Under the pieces are notes generated by a model. It saw nothing but the letters and a program-made list of their open reading frames with translations. It searched no databases and had not been told where the DNA came from. Shown one piece after another: positions 20,446 through 30,977 of a stretch of DNA of 64,000 nucleotides (positions are counted from its first letter, which is position 1; each line of letters opens with the position of its first letter). The stretch spans positions 23,240 through 87,239 of the forward strand of contig CAVWMQ010000008.1 in assembly GCA_963756155.1 (NCBI GenBank), given 5' to 3'. The DNA comes from an uncultured delta proteobacterium. Lineage in GTDB: Bacteria; Desulfobacterota; Binatia; Binatales; Binataceae. Position numbers and translations under genes: made by a program.

Positions 20446-20490
20446 TTTGGCGGGCATCCCGGGAGGGGGAAGTCTCCCGGATGCCCGCCT
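20446..20490 (+). terminator. candidate rho-independent terminator hairpin
   Basis: ggcgggcatcccgggag-ggggaagt-ctcccggatgcccgcc followed by tttctg. Sits at the end of an unusually AT-rich roughly 110-bp stretch (20340-20445) with no convincing ORF. Confidence 0.35.
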
Positions 20491-20642
20491 TTCTGACTCG
20501 CGCCTTGCGGCGATTGCCACTTGGCCCGGGGAAGTACAGTAGCGACGACGCGGCTAATCGCTATCAATTTTGTTGTGGTCTTCATATCTTCATTAACTTG
20601 ACGCGAAGTTGCGGGTTTTTCACTTCGATCGTGGCCACAAGT

Positions 20643-20840
20643 TTAGTGCAGAGCAGGAAAATGCACGCCCGGAATGGGTCCCATCACACCGAAGACCTGT
20701 AAGACCCAGACCAGAACCACTACGAAGACCACGATGTTCAGTAAACTTTTGATGGCGCCGGCCATCGGAATGTAGGTATTGATTAGCCACATCACCAGGC
20801 CAACTACGACCAGAATCACGACGATATTCACAAGTGTCAT
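20643..20840 (-). CDS. small hydrophobic membrane protein (two TM helices)
   Basis: MTLVNIVVILVVVGLVMWLINTYIPMAGAIKSLLNIVVFVVVLVWVLQVFGVMGPIPGV. AGGAG RBS before ATG 20840. Resembles the small Thivi_2564-type membrane protein family (from memory, unverified). Confidence 0.5.
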   Translation of the reverse strand: MTLVNIVVILVVVGLVMWLINTYIPMAGAIKSLLNIVVFVVVLVWVLQVFGVMGPIPGVHFPALH

Positions 20841-21015
20841 TCGAGGAACTCCTGGCACCACACGTTGGCTGGCGCGATGCTGTTGCTGTCTATCTTCACG
20901 GTAGCGCCATGCGATCCAGATTGCCAAGCTGCGACCGTCGCCTTTTGTTACATAAGTAACCAAGCACCGGTCGGCAAAAACTATGCGCTCGCGATTGTTC
21001 TGCTAGATTGGTGTT

Positions 21016-21795
21016 ATGCGCGCGAAGCACCCGATCCGGAAACTGCGGGGACTCAGGAACATTTCCTGGCTCGACGCGCGCAAGCTAGAGCGCCTCGCGG
21101 CGGCGCTCACCGTGAGCGAGGTGGAAAAGCGCGGCGTCATTTTCGACGACAAGCACTCCGAAGAATCCGCATACGTGCTCCTCACCGGAGTCGCGCGCAT
21201 CTCATGCCGCAATCGAAAGGGTCAGCGCACCCTGGTAATCATGGTCGCACCCGGGATGATTCCCGGCCTTCCACCTCCGGTGCTCGGAATCAGCTACAGC
21301 TTCCGTTGCGAAGCGGTCACCGATTGTAAAGTCGGGACCATCGATCTGGATACGTTCATCGAGATTTCCCTGGGAATCACTTCTGTTGATTTCAAGCGGA
21401 TGGCCGCCAGCTATTCCGGACGATGGGATCTGGTTCAGTTGCGATGCTCAAATTTCATGAGCTGCACGCTCGAGGAGCGGCTCGCGCTGATCCTGATGGA
21501 ATTGAGCGACAACTTCGGCGAACAGGATGGCGGCAACGGAGTGCTCCTGTCGGTGAACGTCCGCCACAAGGATATTGCGGAGCTGGTGGGAGCCTCGCGC
21601 CCCCGGATCACCGAGCAGCTCCTCCGATTTGAGCGCAAGCACATGATAGCGCGGGAGAATCGCCATCTGGTGGTAAAGCGCGATCGTCTCGAGAGCTTCC
21701 TCAACGCCACTCACGTTCTGGAGTCCGGTTCCAGAGCGTCCGGTTCCAGAGCGCGGACCAACGGCGCTAAAGCGAGCAGAAGTTTGTCATCGTAG
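21016..21795 (+). CDS. Crp/Fnr family transcriptional regulator
   Basis: cNMP-binding beta-roll then C-terminal HTH HKDIAELVGASRPRITEQLLRFERKHMI. Confidence 0.75.
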   Translation: MRAKHPIRKLRGLRNISWLDARKLERLAAALTVSEVEKRGVIFDDKHSEESAYVLLTGVARISCRNRKGQRTLVIMVAPGMIPGLPPPVLGISYSFRCEAVTDCKVGTIDLDTFIEISLGITSVDFKRMAASYSGRWDLVQLRCSNFMSCTLEERLALILMELSDNFGEQDGGNGVLLSVNVRHKDIAELVGASRPRITEQLLRFERKHMIARENRHLVVKRDRLESFLNATHVLESGSRASGSRARTNGAKASRSLSS

Positions 21796-22014
21796 ACTTT
21801 CCTGTCCGCGTATCTGAACGATTCCACTGCATATTACGACTGAGAACAGTGCTGGAATGGCTATTCCTGGTGCTGGAAGTGTATATTTCGCGGTACTGCA
21901 AATGCATATTTAGAGGTTATGATCGGCACATGAAAATTGTCATCCAGGTAACATTTCGTTTGCTTTCGCCCGAAGTAAGGAATACGGTCGGTAGTATCCT
22001 CACAGGGTGAAAAT

Positions 22015-22728
22015 TTGAATGCAACGAAGAACCCGCATGACACCGACCTCGACAGGCTGAGCCGGCTTCAGGCTTTGTCCTGGCTCTCCTCCACAGAGCT
22101 TTCAATGCTGGTGGCAGCGCTCGCGCTGTCCAACTTCAAGCGGCGAGAAGTGATCTTGCGCGCCGCCGAGCTCGCCACCCAGGCACACATTCTGTTGGCC
22201 GGCATCGCACGCATCACCTGCCTAAGTGCCCGCGGCGAGCGTGTCACTGTGGCGATGCTTGCGCCGGGTCCGATACCGGAATTTCCCGCACTTCCGATGA
22301 GCCAATCCGACTTCCGCTGCGAGGCTTTCAATGACTGCCGGGTCGGCAGCGTGAGCTGGGAAGATCTCGACGGCATCACTGTGAATGCCTCCGAATCGGC
22401 ATTCAAGAAATTCCATCAGAACGATCTGAAGCAATGGTATCGGCTGCTGCTCCGCAGTTCGAGCTCCTTGAATCTCGGTCTTCACGAACGGATCGCGATG
22501 ACCCTGCTGGAATTGTGCTCGGACTTTGGGATCGAGGAATCGCGCGGCACTCTGCTGCGAGTATCTTTCAGCCACAAAGACATTGCCAATCTGGTCGGAG
22601 CCTCGCGGCCAAGAGTCACGGAACATCTTGCGCAATTGGAGCGCGAACGATTTGTGGTCCGTCAGGGACGTCAACTCGTCGTCCGCGTGGGCAAGCTCTG
22701 GGACTCGATGACGGTGCATGCCGCCTGA
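22015..22728 (+). CDS. Crp/Fnr family transcriptional regulator (tandem paralog)
   Basis: Same architecture; HTH HKDIANLVGASRPRVTEHLAQLERERFV. Confidence 0.75.
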   Translation: MNATKNPHDTDLDRLSRLQALSWLSSTELSMLVAALALSNFKRREVILRAAELATQAHILLAGIARITCLSARGERVTVAMLAPGPIPEFPALPMSQSDFRCEAFNDCRVGSVSWEDLDGITVNASESAFKKFHQNDLKQWYRLLLRSSSSLNLGLHERIAMTLLELCSDFGIEESRGTLLRVSFSHKDIANLVGASRPRVTEHLAQLERERFVVRQGRQLVVRVGKLWDSMTVHAA

Positions 22729-23050
22729 GGAAAAACTCTTCCAATCGGAACTCGCGGTAGCTAAAATTAGCGGCGCTGTCGAGGAGCAACGACCGGGGGC
22801 GCTGAAGTCGTAAGGCTAGATCGCCGGGCAACGGCTTGGCAACGTCCGACGTCATCCTCGGCATCAGCATCGGAACTTCGCGCATTGAACGAAGGGAGGA
22901 GGAACCTCAATGCGGAGCGAAAGTTGACCGGTCGATCTTTACTCGCCTGATTGTATGAAATAAGCATCGGTGCGTCGGGCGCGGGGCCCGGCCTCGGTCT
23001 CAATCGTGAGTGCTCGTTCGGGGGGCTCACCAGAAAAAGGAAGGTCGATC

Positions 23051-23749
23051 GTGCGAAGAAAAATCGGGATACACCTGCTGTGGATCGCGATGCTGGCGAT
23101 GGTATCGGGCTGCTCATCCTGGACGCCTCAGCAAAGGGAATACACCGCCTATGGAGCAGGCGGCGGCGCACTGCTGGGCGGTGGGCTGGGATGCGGAATT
23201 GCCGCGGCCACCGCAGGTCGCGGTCACGTGGGCGTGCAGGGCGCAGCTGCCTATGAGATCGGATGCCCCGTCGGCGTTGTGGCCGGCGCTCTCATCGGCG
23301 GCACGGTTGGCTACCTGATGGCGCCGAAACCGGTGCCGCCTCCGCCGCCACCACCACCTCCTCCGCCGCCACCACCTCCGCCGCCACCTCCGCCACCGCC
23401 GCCGCCACCGGAGAAGATCATTCTGCGCGGCGTGCACTTCGACTTTAACAAGTCGAACATTCGTCCGGGCGACGCTGCGGTGCTTGATGAAGGCGCGGCA
23501 ATCCTGAAGGCGCATCCGAATGTGAACATCAACGTGGACGGATACTGCGACGCCATCGGAAGCGAGAGGTACAATTTGAGGCTCTCCGACCGGCGCGCCA
23601 ATTCAGTGGTCAGGTATCTGGCTGGACAGGGGATTGCGGAAAGCCGCCTGATCCCGCACGGCTACGGCAAGACCAACTTCGTCGCACCGAACGACACGGC
23701 AGAGGGACGCGCGCAGAACCGCCGCGTCGAACTGGTGCCGCTGGAGTAG
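23051..23749 (+). CDS. OmpA family lipoprotein with glycine-zipper and 27-residue polyproline linker
   Basis: GTG 23051 with AGGAAGG RBS; lipobox LAMVSGC; GGGALLGGGLG glycine zipper; 27 consecutive Pro (ccg/cca run 23338-23418). OmpA_C: NFDFNKSNIRPGD...LSDRRANSV...AQNRRVEL. Confidence 0.85.
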   Translation: MRRKIGIHLLWIAMLAMVSGCSSWTPQQREYTAYGAGGGALLGGGLGCGIAAATAGRGHVGVQGAAAYEIGCPVGVVAGALIGGTVGYLMAPKPVPPPPPPPPPPPPPPPPPPPPPPPPPEKIILRGVHFDFNKSNIRPGDAAVLDEGAAILKAHPNVNINVDGYCDAIGSERYNLRLSDRRANSVVRYLAGQGIAESRLIPHGYGKTNFVAPNDTAEGRAQNRRVELVPLE

Positions 23750-23783
23750 CGCCGGGCTGACAAGTGCCTACTGAGTGAAGAGC

Positions 23784-23820
23784 GACCAGGTTGACGAGCC
23801 ATCGGCTCGTCAACCTGGTC
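23784..23820 (+). terminator. 17-bp perfect hairpin downstream of ompA-like gene
   Basis: gaccaggttgacgagcc-atc-ggctcgtcaacctggtc; no U-tract. Followed by a perfect 15-bp tandem duplication caacctggtccgcat x2 (23811-23840). Confidence 0.45.
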
Positions 23821-23880
23821 CGCATCAACCTGGTCCGCATCAATTGCGCTAGGCCCGTGTACGGCTTGGAGAATGCGGCC

Positions 23881-24393
23881 GAACTTGAGAAGCCGCGCCT
23901 ACGCTTGGTGGGATGTGGCTGAAATCGAGAGGCCGTGCCTACGCTTGCTGGGATGCGGCCGAAATCGAGAGGCCGTGTCTACTCCTTTCGGGATTCGGCT
24001 GAAACCGAGAGGCCGTTGTCCCCGGGATGCGGTCGAAATCTAGAGGCCGTGCCTGCTCCTTCTGGGATGCGGCTGAATCCGAGAGACCGTATCTACTTTT
24101 GCGGGATGTTGCTCGAATTCGAGAGACACCTCTACGGCAGGCAGGATGCGGCTGATTCGAGAGGTTAGGTCTACGGCCGGCGGGATGCGGCTGGACTTGA
24201 GAGGCCACCTATACGGCAGGCGGGATGCGGCTGATCCCATAGGGCGGCGGTCTACGACGGGCGGGATGCGGCTGAACTTGAGAGGCCGCATCTATGCCTC
24301 GGGGATGCGGGCGAAATCGCGCGTAGGGCTCCGTCCCCGGCTGGGGATGCGGGTGAATTTTGGAGGGCGGGTTCATGGAGAATGGGCGCGGGC
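23881..24393. repeat. non-coding tandem repeat array, about 12.5 units of 39-42 bp
   Basis: Unit consensus GAAATCGAGAGGCCGTGCCTACGCTTGCTGGGATGCGGCT. Units start at 23881, 23921, 23961, 24001, 24035, 24075, 24115, 24154, 24193, 24233, 24274, 24313, 24355. The period is not a multiple of 3, so it is not protein-coding. Confidence 0.8.
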
Positions 24394-24613
24394 TTTTCCA
24401 CCTCCGGCAGAGCGCGATCGTGGTCATTTCCCCGCGCTTGATTGCGCTGATTAGTGGTACTCATTTGACTGCGATCGTTGCGCGGCCTTACACTTAATTT
24501 GTCGGCATCGACATACGAATCGGGTCCGGCTTTGATCCAGCTCGACAGTGGCCCTTCCGCTCGCCTTTGACCACCTTCTCGCTAGACCAACCTGAATTGT
24601 AAGTGACCAAGGC

Positions 24614-25033
24614 TTGTGGAGGTCCTTCATGGGACACTCTGGGCCGATGCGTACGTGGTTTCAGCCCGAGCGCTCGATCGAGCTGCCCGCGCTTTCCAAC
24701 GAAGCTGTCTCGAGACTGAGCATGTTGTGCGGCCTGGCGGCGGCGGAAGTGTTTTCAATCTACGCCGTCTTCGTCGCGCACGCGCTGATGCCGGTGCAGG
24801 TCTTCATGGTCGACCGGCTCACCAATCGCATCCTGGTGCCCGGCTCGATCGGCAACCTCGAGGAAGTCTTCAACTGGAACGGGCTGCTTCCCTGCTTGCT
24901 GTTCACATCGATTACTTTCACCTTGACCTGGTGGACAGTTCGCTGGGCCACTTCGATGCCGGTGAGTCCAGCCGCCGCACCTCTCGATAGCATTGAGACA
25001 ATAGCCGGCCGTCTGGCGATCGTGAGCGAATGA
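24614..25033 (+). CDS. hypothetical protein
   Basis: Only an ORF with one hydrophobic segment; no recognisable domain. Confidence 0.25.
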   Translation: MWRSFMGHSGPMRTWFQPERSIELPALSNEAVSRLSMLCGLAAAEVFSIYAVFVAHALMPVQVFMVDRLTNRILVPGSIGNLEEVFNWNGLLPCLLFTSITFTLTWWTVRWATSMPVSPAAAPLDSIETIAGRLAIVSE

Positions 25034-25080
25034 CTAATCGAGTTACTACCGAAGAAAATCAACTGGCTACAGGAAATAGT

Positions 25081-25338
25081 ATGAAATCCACATTAGGCAT
25101 ATGGGCTGTGCGATCGCTGGCCGCGCTTTCACTTCTGACTATTGCCGGATGCTACTCCGGATGGCGCGGCAACGACGCCTACAATTCAAGCTCGCGTTCC
25201 AACTGGAACCACAGCGATCAGCAATCCGAAGACTGGAAGGTGAACCGCGACAGCGGGGATCGCGCCGGCGCCGTCGCTGACCGCAACCCGGAATATTCCG
25301 CGGACTACTCCGATCGCTACTACCGCGACGTCAACTGA
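25081..25338 (+). CDS. small hypothetical lipoprotein
   Basis: MKSTLGIWAVRSLAALSLLTIAGC signal peptide plus lipobox; D/S/R/Y-rich mature part. Confidence 0.35.
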   Translation: MKSTLGIWAVRSLAALSLLTIAGCYSGWRGNDAYNSSSRSNWNHSDQQSEDWKVNRDSGDRAGAVADRNPEYSADYSDRYYRDVN

Positions 25339-25402
25339 TGAAAGTCGACTATCCGAGCGTGGACGAATGCGTGCTCGAGGTTCTCTACAAGGTGCAAAGC
25401 TG

Positions 25403-25648
25403 ATGAAATCAATCCTATGGTTCGGCGCATGCCTGGCTCTGTTCGGGCTTCTTGGGCTGGCTATTCCAAAATTTACCACTTCACCAAACGGCGACATCGG
25501 ATGGTCGCGCGATTCCGGCGTTAGCAACATCACGGAATCGATGCAATCGATGCATCTGATCACGCGAACCTTCAGCGCCGGATTGCTTCTCCTCGGTATC
25601 GTTCTGATTGGCGCGGAAACTTACCGGCGGCGTGGCGCCGTCGCTTAA
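25403..25648 (+). CDS. small hypothetical membrane protein
   Basis: MKSILWFGACLALFGLLGLAI ... LLLLGIVLIGAETYRRRG, two hydrophobic helices. Confidence 0.3.
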   Translation: MKSILWFGACLALFGLLGLAIPKFTTSPNGDIGWSRDSGVSNITESMQSMHLITRTFSAGLLLLGIVLIGAETYRRRGAVA

Positions 25649-25865
25649 GTGGTTCGCTTGGTGGCGGCCGGGAGAAAGCTGTAAAAGTTTTGCCCGCCGC
25701 CACACAATTTTCGCGCGCCCTCTAAAGCCCGCATCACTAACCGCCAGGTCACCACCAGGGCCCGGCGCCCCTAACGATCGTCAGGGGCAGCCCCGCTCCA
25801 GCCTAACGCTCGTCAGGGCGATTGCCGCCCCGATTGACTCGCGCGCGCAGTCTCGGCAAATGTAT

Positions 25866-25879
25866 GACTGACTGGTCAG
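25866..25879. promoter_or_regulatory. candidate TetR operator palindrome
   Basis: ACTGAC-TG-GTCAGT perfect inverted repeat 4 bp upstream of the TetR start (25883). Confidence 0.3.
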
Positions 25880-25882
25880 TTT

Positions 25883-26551
25883 ATGAAGAGAAGCAACGGA
25901 AAGATGCCAAAGCCCAGCTACGGCAGGACCGCCGCCGACCACCATAATCCCGCCTCCAAGCGCGAGCGGATCCTGGCCGCCGGCCTCAAGCTCTTCGCCT
26001 ACCAGGCATACCAGGCCGTCACCATGGACCGCGTGGCGGAGGCGGCCGGCGTCGCCAAGGGGACGCTCTACCTCTATTTCCCCTCCAAGGAGGCGCTCTA
26101 CCTGGGAATTTTGAGCGAGGGGATGGAGTCGGTCACCCGCGCCTACCAATCGAGCGTGGACGCGAACGCCGACCTGCGCGAGCGCCTGCGCCGTGCCATT
26201 TCCGTGAGCATCCAGTACCACGACAAAAATCGCGACCTGCTGCGCCTGATTGCCACCGAGGAGCCGCGGATGGCACAGGCGCGCAACCGGCTGCTCGAGG
26301 CGTGGCGCGAGCGCGGATTCAACTTTTTCACCTCGCTGGTCGCGCAAGGCGCCGAGGCGGGGGTTTTTTCACCTCTCGATTCGCGCCTGGTCACGATGGC
26401 GATTCTCGGCTCGATTCGCTCGGTCCTGCTCTACTACGGGCCGGACCGGCCGGTGGCTGAACTGAGCGACGAGCTCGCGCATTTCTTCGTCAACGCACTG
26501 GCAACTGTTCCGTTCGCGACTCATCAGGCAAAGGCTGTACAGACCGCATGA
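25883..26551 (+). CDS. TetR/AcrR family transcriptional regulator
   Basis: RERILAAGLKLFAYQAYQAVTMDRVAEAAGVAKGTLYLYFPSKEAL HTH. Confidence 0.8.
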   Translation: MKRSNGKMPKPSYGRTAADHHNPASKRERILAAGLKLFAYQAYQAVTMDRVAEAAGVAKGTLYLYFPSKEALYLGILSEGMESVTRAYQSSVDANADLRERLRRAISVSIQYHDKNRDLLRLIATEEPRMAQARNRLLEAWRERGFNFFTSLVAQGAEAGVFSPLDSRLVTMAILGSIRSVLLYYGPDRPVAELSDELAHFFVNALATVPFATHQAKAVQTA

Positions 26552-27391
26552 TCAGGAAAATCCTGCGCCGGCTAATCTCCCTCTCGATCCTGGCGGCCCT
26601 CGTGGTTGGCTTCTTCATTTTCGGCCATCGTTATCTGTGGCCGGAGGTGGATCGGAGCTCGATCAAAGTGGTCGGGATGCTCGAGGCGCCCGAGGTGAAC
26701 CTCACCAGCCGCATCGCCGGCCGCATTTCCAAGCTTGATTTGATCGAGGGCGATCACGTCAAGCGCGGGCAGGTGGTGTGCGAAATCGAGGACATCGACC
26801 TGCGCAACCAGGTTGCCAAGGCCCACGCCGACCTGGCCAAGGCTAACGCCGACCTCGCCGACGCGCGCCGCACCATGGGCCGCGAAACTCAACTCCTGGG
26901 CGAGCACATCATCTCGACCAAGGAGCACGATGACGTCACCACCACGCTCGCCGACGATGACGCGGCGGTGGAAAGTGCGCGCGCCAATCTGAAGTTCTAT
27001 GAAGATCAGCTCGCCGACACCCAGATCAAGTCGCCGGTCGACGGCGTGATCGTCAACAAGGCGCTGGAAGCCGGCGAATGGGTCACGCCCGGCGTGCCGA
27101 TCCTGACGATCGACGACCTGCAGACGGTGTGGGCGCGCGTCGACGTCGAAGAAACCGACCTCGGCACGCTGTTCGTCGGCAAGGCCGCTGAGGTTTCGCT
27201 GCCGACCAACCCGCCGCAGGTTTACAGCGGACGGGTGATGGCGATCGGACAGGAAGGCGACTTCGCCACCGAGCGTGATGTGCGCCGCGGCCGCCAGGAT
27301 ATCCGCACTTTCTACGTCAAGGTGCAGGTGTTGCAGAGCGGCGGAGAACTCAAGCCCGGGATGACCGCCGAGGTCACTTTTCAGCGCGCTG

Positions 27392-28405
<1,014 letters not shown>

Positions 28406-28411
28406 GCCGCA

Positions 28412-29527
28412 ATGAAAATCTGGGCCATCATGCGTCGCGACCTGCGCAAGCTGCTGCGCAATCCAATCACCTTGGTCGCGGTCATCATTATGCCGATGGT
28501 CTACCTGGTGATTATCGGCAACTCGTTCGAGGGGCAGCTCAAGCATCTGCCGCTCGCGGTGGTGGTACAGGATCACGGCGTGTTCGCGCGCCGCGTGATC
28601 GAACAGTTGCAAGCACTCGAGGCCGGGCCCAAGACCATCGACCTGACTTTCGTTTCCGATCCGGGACGCGCCATCAACGAAGTCCGCGACGGCGTCTACA
28701 AAGGGGTGATCGTGATTCCCCCCAACTTTAGCCACGACGTAGCCGAAGGACGCATCGGCGAGATCGGCTTGTTTGACGACAACGTCGACTCGGTGAGTTC
28801 GGCGGGACTCGAGGGCGTGATCTCGGCGGCGGCCGCATCGGTGCGCGTGAGCTTCGTCACCGCGCGCGAGCCCAAGCTCGATCAAATCTCATTTCGGCCG
28901 AGCTGGCTGTTCCCGTATGTCGACTACGATCGCTCGCTGATTCCGGGCGTGATCGTGATGGCGTTGTTCACCGGGTCGTTGATGTCCGGTGTGTTCAACT
29001 GGGTAATGGACAAATTCATGGGGGTGACGGAGTGCTACCTGGTAACGCCGCTCTCGCGATGGGACATTGCGGGCGGGATTCTATGCAGCGGGGTCACCGT
29101 CACCAGTATCGCCGGGATCATCGTGATGTTCATGGGGCTGCTGATCACGCGCGGCCATATCGAGGGCGGTTTGCCCGCGTTGGCCACGCTCATCGTGATC
29201 ATAGTTCTGAGCGCGATGGGATTGCTGGCGATGACGTTCTCGATGCTGGGGCGCGCGGGGCATCCGCGCCTGGTAGGAACTTTCTCGGGCTTCCTCAACG
29301 TGATCCTGTTTTTTCCCAGCGGCGCTATCTATCCGGTCGAAAGTTTTCCCCCGTGGCTCAGATCCTTCGCACGCTATAATCCGGAGACGCACGCGGTCAG
29401 CGCCATCAAGCAGATACTGTTCAAGGGGGCAGACTTCGCCGCGGTCACCAACGACATCGCATACCTGGCGGTGTTCACGGGAATCATGCTGGTGCTGGCG
29501 AGCATGTCGTTCCGCCGAACGCTGTAA
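28412..29527 (+). CDS. ABC-2 family transporter permease
   Basis: N-terminal TM, large periplasmic loop, 5 C-terminal TM helices; typical ABC-2 topology. Confidence 0.75.
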   Translation: MKIWAIMRRDLRKLLRNPITLVAVIIMPMVYLVIIGNSFEGQLKHLPLAVVVQDHGVFARRVIEQLQALEAGPKTIDLTFVSDPGRAINEVRDGVYKGVIVIPPNFSHDVAEGRIGEIGLFDDNVDSVSSAGLEGVISAAAASVRVSFVTAREPKLDQISFRPSWLFPYVDYDRSLIPGVIVMALFTGSLMSGVFNWVMDKFMGVTECYLVTPLSRWDIAGGILCSGVTVTSIAGIIVMFMGLLITRGHIEGGLPALATLIVIIVLSAMGLLAMTFSMLGRAGHPRLVGTFSGFLNVILFFPSGAIYPVESFPPWLRSFARYNPETHAVSAIKQILFKGADFAAVTNDIAYLAVFTGIMLVLASMSFRRTL

Positions 29528-29559
29528 ATCCACAATTCCGTTTCAGCGCGGAAAAAAGC

Positions 29560-29664
29560 GTGAAGCGTCTACCGGTGGTGGACGCCGAAGGCGAGCTGGT
29601 TGGAATCGTGGGCCGAACCGAAATGATGCGGGCGTTGCTCGCTAGTTCCGTCGCGATTGACTGA
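29560..29664 (+). pseudogene. orphan C-terminal fragment of a CBS-domain protein
   Basis: VKRLPVVDAEGELVGIVGRTEMMRALLASSVAID* is a canonical CBS-domain C-terminus; no full-length ORF upstream. Confidence 0.35.
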
Positions 29665-29744
29665 AGATCACCGCCGGTTAATTCCGATCATCGAAGTGCT
29701 TCGGATTTCGCCGGCAACCGCATTCCGCAAAGTGGTGTAGCCGG

Positions 29745-30797
29745 CTAGCCGCCGGCGGGAATCGATTTGCCCGCGAGCTGCTTCATCATGTTGAACAGGG
29801 TCTGCATCTGCGGACCGTTCTTCTGCGCGTAGTTCGAATTTGTATAGCCCCACCAGTCCCAGCATCCTTCGCCGTTGTCTGGGATAGTGGGAATCGCCTG
29901 CGGATAAACGACGACAATTCGATTCGTGTCCGCCCACTCATTCAGCCCGGCATCATCGACGTAATCAGTTCCCACCGCGCTCGCCGACTGTTCGCATCCG
30001 TGAAGCGCGAGAATCAGTCCACAGGAATTTTTCGCCGTGCAATCGGCCGGGGTGAACAGATATCCGGTGTCATCCATGCTGATCGCTGCCGCAGACCCGC
30101 CCGGGACGTATGGATTCTGATCGAAGGTCGAGAGCGTGCCGGTGAGCGTGCCATTGTTCTTCGGCTTCAGCTCACCGAACCACTGGCTCAGGAAGACCTG
30201 CTCGGAGTCGTACACCGCGCCGTTTTGATCGCAAACGATCACGTATGGGCTTCCGAGCTGCTCACATGCGTTGGGACCATATGGCGATTCCCATCCATGT
30301 TCGGCAGGAAAGTCGTTGTCGTATTTGAAAACGTTCGCGCCGAAATAGTCGTAGAACGAATCGACATTGTTCATCGCGCCCTGCGCGACGATCGTGTCGA
30401 GCTTTCCCGACCAGAGGTAGATGGGCTGGTTTTTTAGATTTTTGGTCGAATCGATCACGCCGCTTTTGGCGAGTGCCTCAGTGTCGCTCTCCAGCGCGGC
30501 GATATCGATTGCGGGAGTGTCCTGTTCACAGGTGGTTAGCGCGGTCTCGAGACTGTCCTGCGCGCAATCGTATGGAATGCCCGCATAGATCGCCGCTCCC
30601 TTGAAAACTTTCGAGTACGCCACATCCATCTGGATCGCGACTGCGGCGCCCGATGAAATTCCCGCCACGTAGATGCGCTGCGGATTGATTTTCAACGCCG
30701 GTAAATTTTGCGCGAGCACGGGCGGCGACCAGATCAGAACGCTCAGCATGATGAGTGGGTAAAAAGTAGCGACCCAGCGAGCGCGAATGAGGTGCAT
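29745..30797 (-). CDS. secreted esterase, PHB-depolymerase-like (type-2 catalytic domain order)
   Basis: Signal peptide; lipase box AGISSGA near N-terminus; HGCEQS oxyanion-hole-like region near C-terminus. Confidence 0.5.
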   Translation of the reverse strand: MHLIRARWVATFYPLIMLSVLIWSPPVLAQNLPALKINPQRIYVAGISSGAAVAIQMDVAYSKVFKGAAIYAGIPYDCAQDSLETALTTCEQDTPAIDIAALESDTEALAKSGVIDSTKNLKNQPIYLWSGKLDTIVAQGAMNNVDSFYDYFGANVFKYDNDFPAEHGWESPYGPNACEQLGSPYVIVCDQNGAVYDSEQVFLSQWFGELKPKNNGTLTGTLSTFDQNPYVPGGSAAAISMDDTGYLFTPADCTAKNSCGLILALHGCEQSASAVGTDYVDDAGLNEWADTNRIVVVYPQAIPTIPDNGEGCWDWWGYTNSNYAQKNGPQMQTLFNMMKQLAGKSIPAGG

Positions 30798-30977
30798 GGG
30801 CGGCCTCCGGGAAGAAGCTCTGCTCCAAAAAGCGTAGCATCGCGAAGTTCACTATTGAAGAAAAAACAAAACGACTCACGGGCATCCGAGGGCGACGCCC
30901 GTGAGTCTCTTCCGTCCTGGTTCTTTCGCTAGCGTCTTATCCGATCAGCGCTCGCGGCCTGACCAGCGCCGCGGCGA

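Noticed and set aside
23881-24393. Tandem array considered as a CRISPR locus
   Set aside because: The conserved core is only about 25 nt and the variable segments only about 15 nt. Repeats are degenerate rather than identical, and there are no cas genes in the window.
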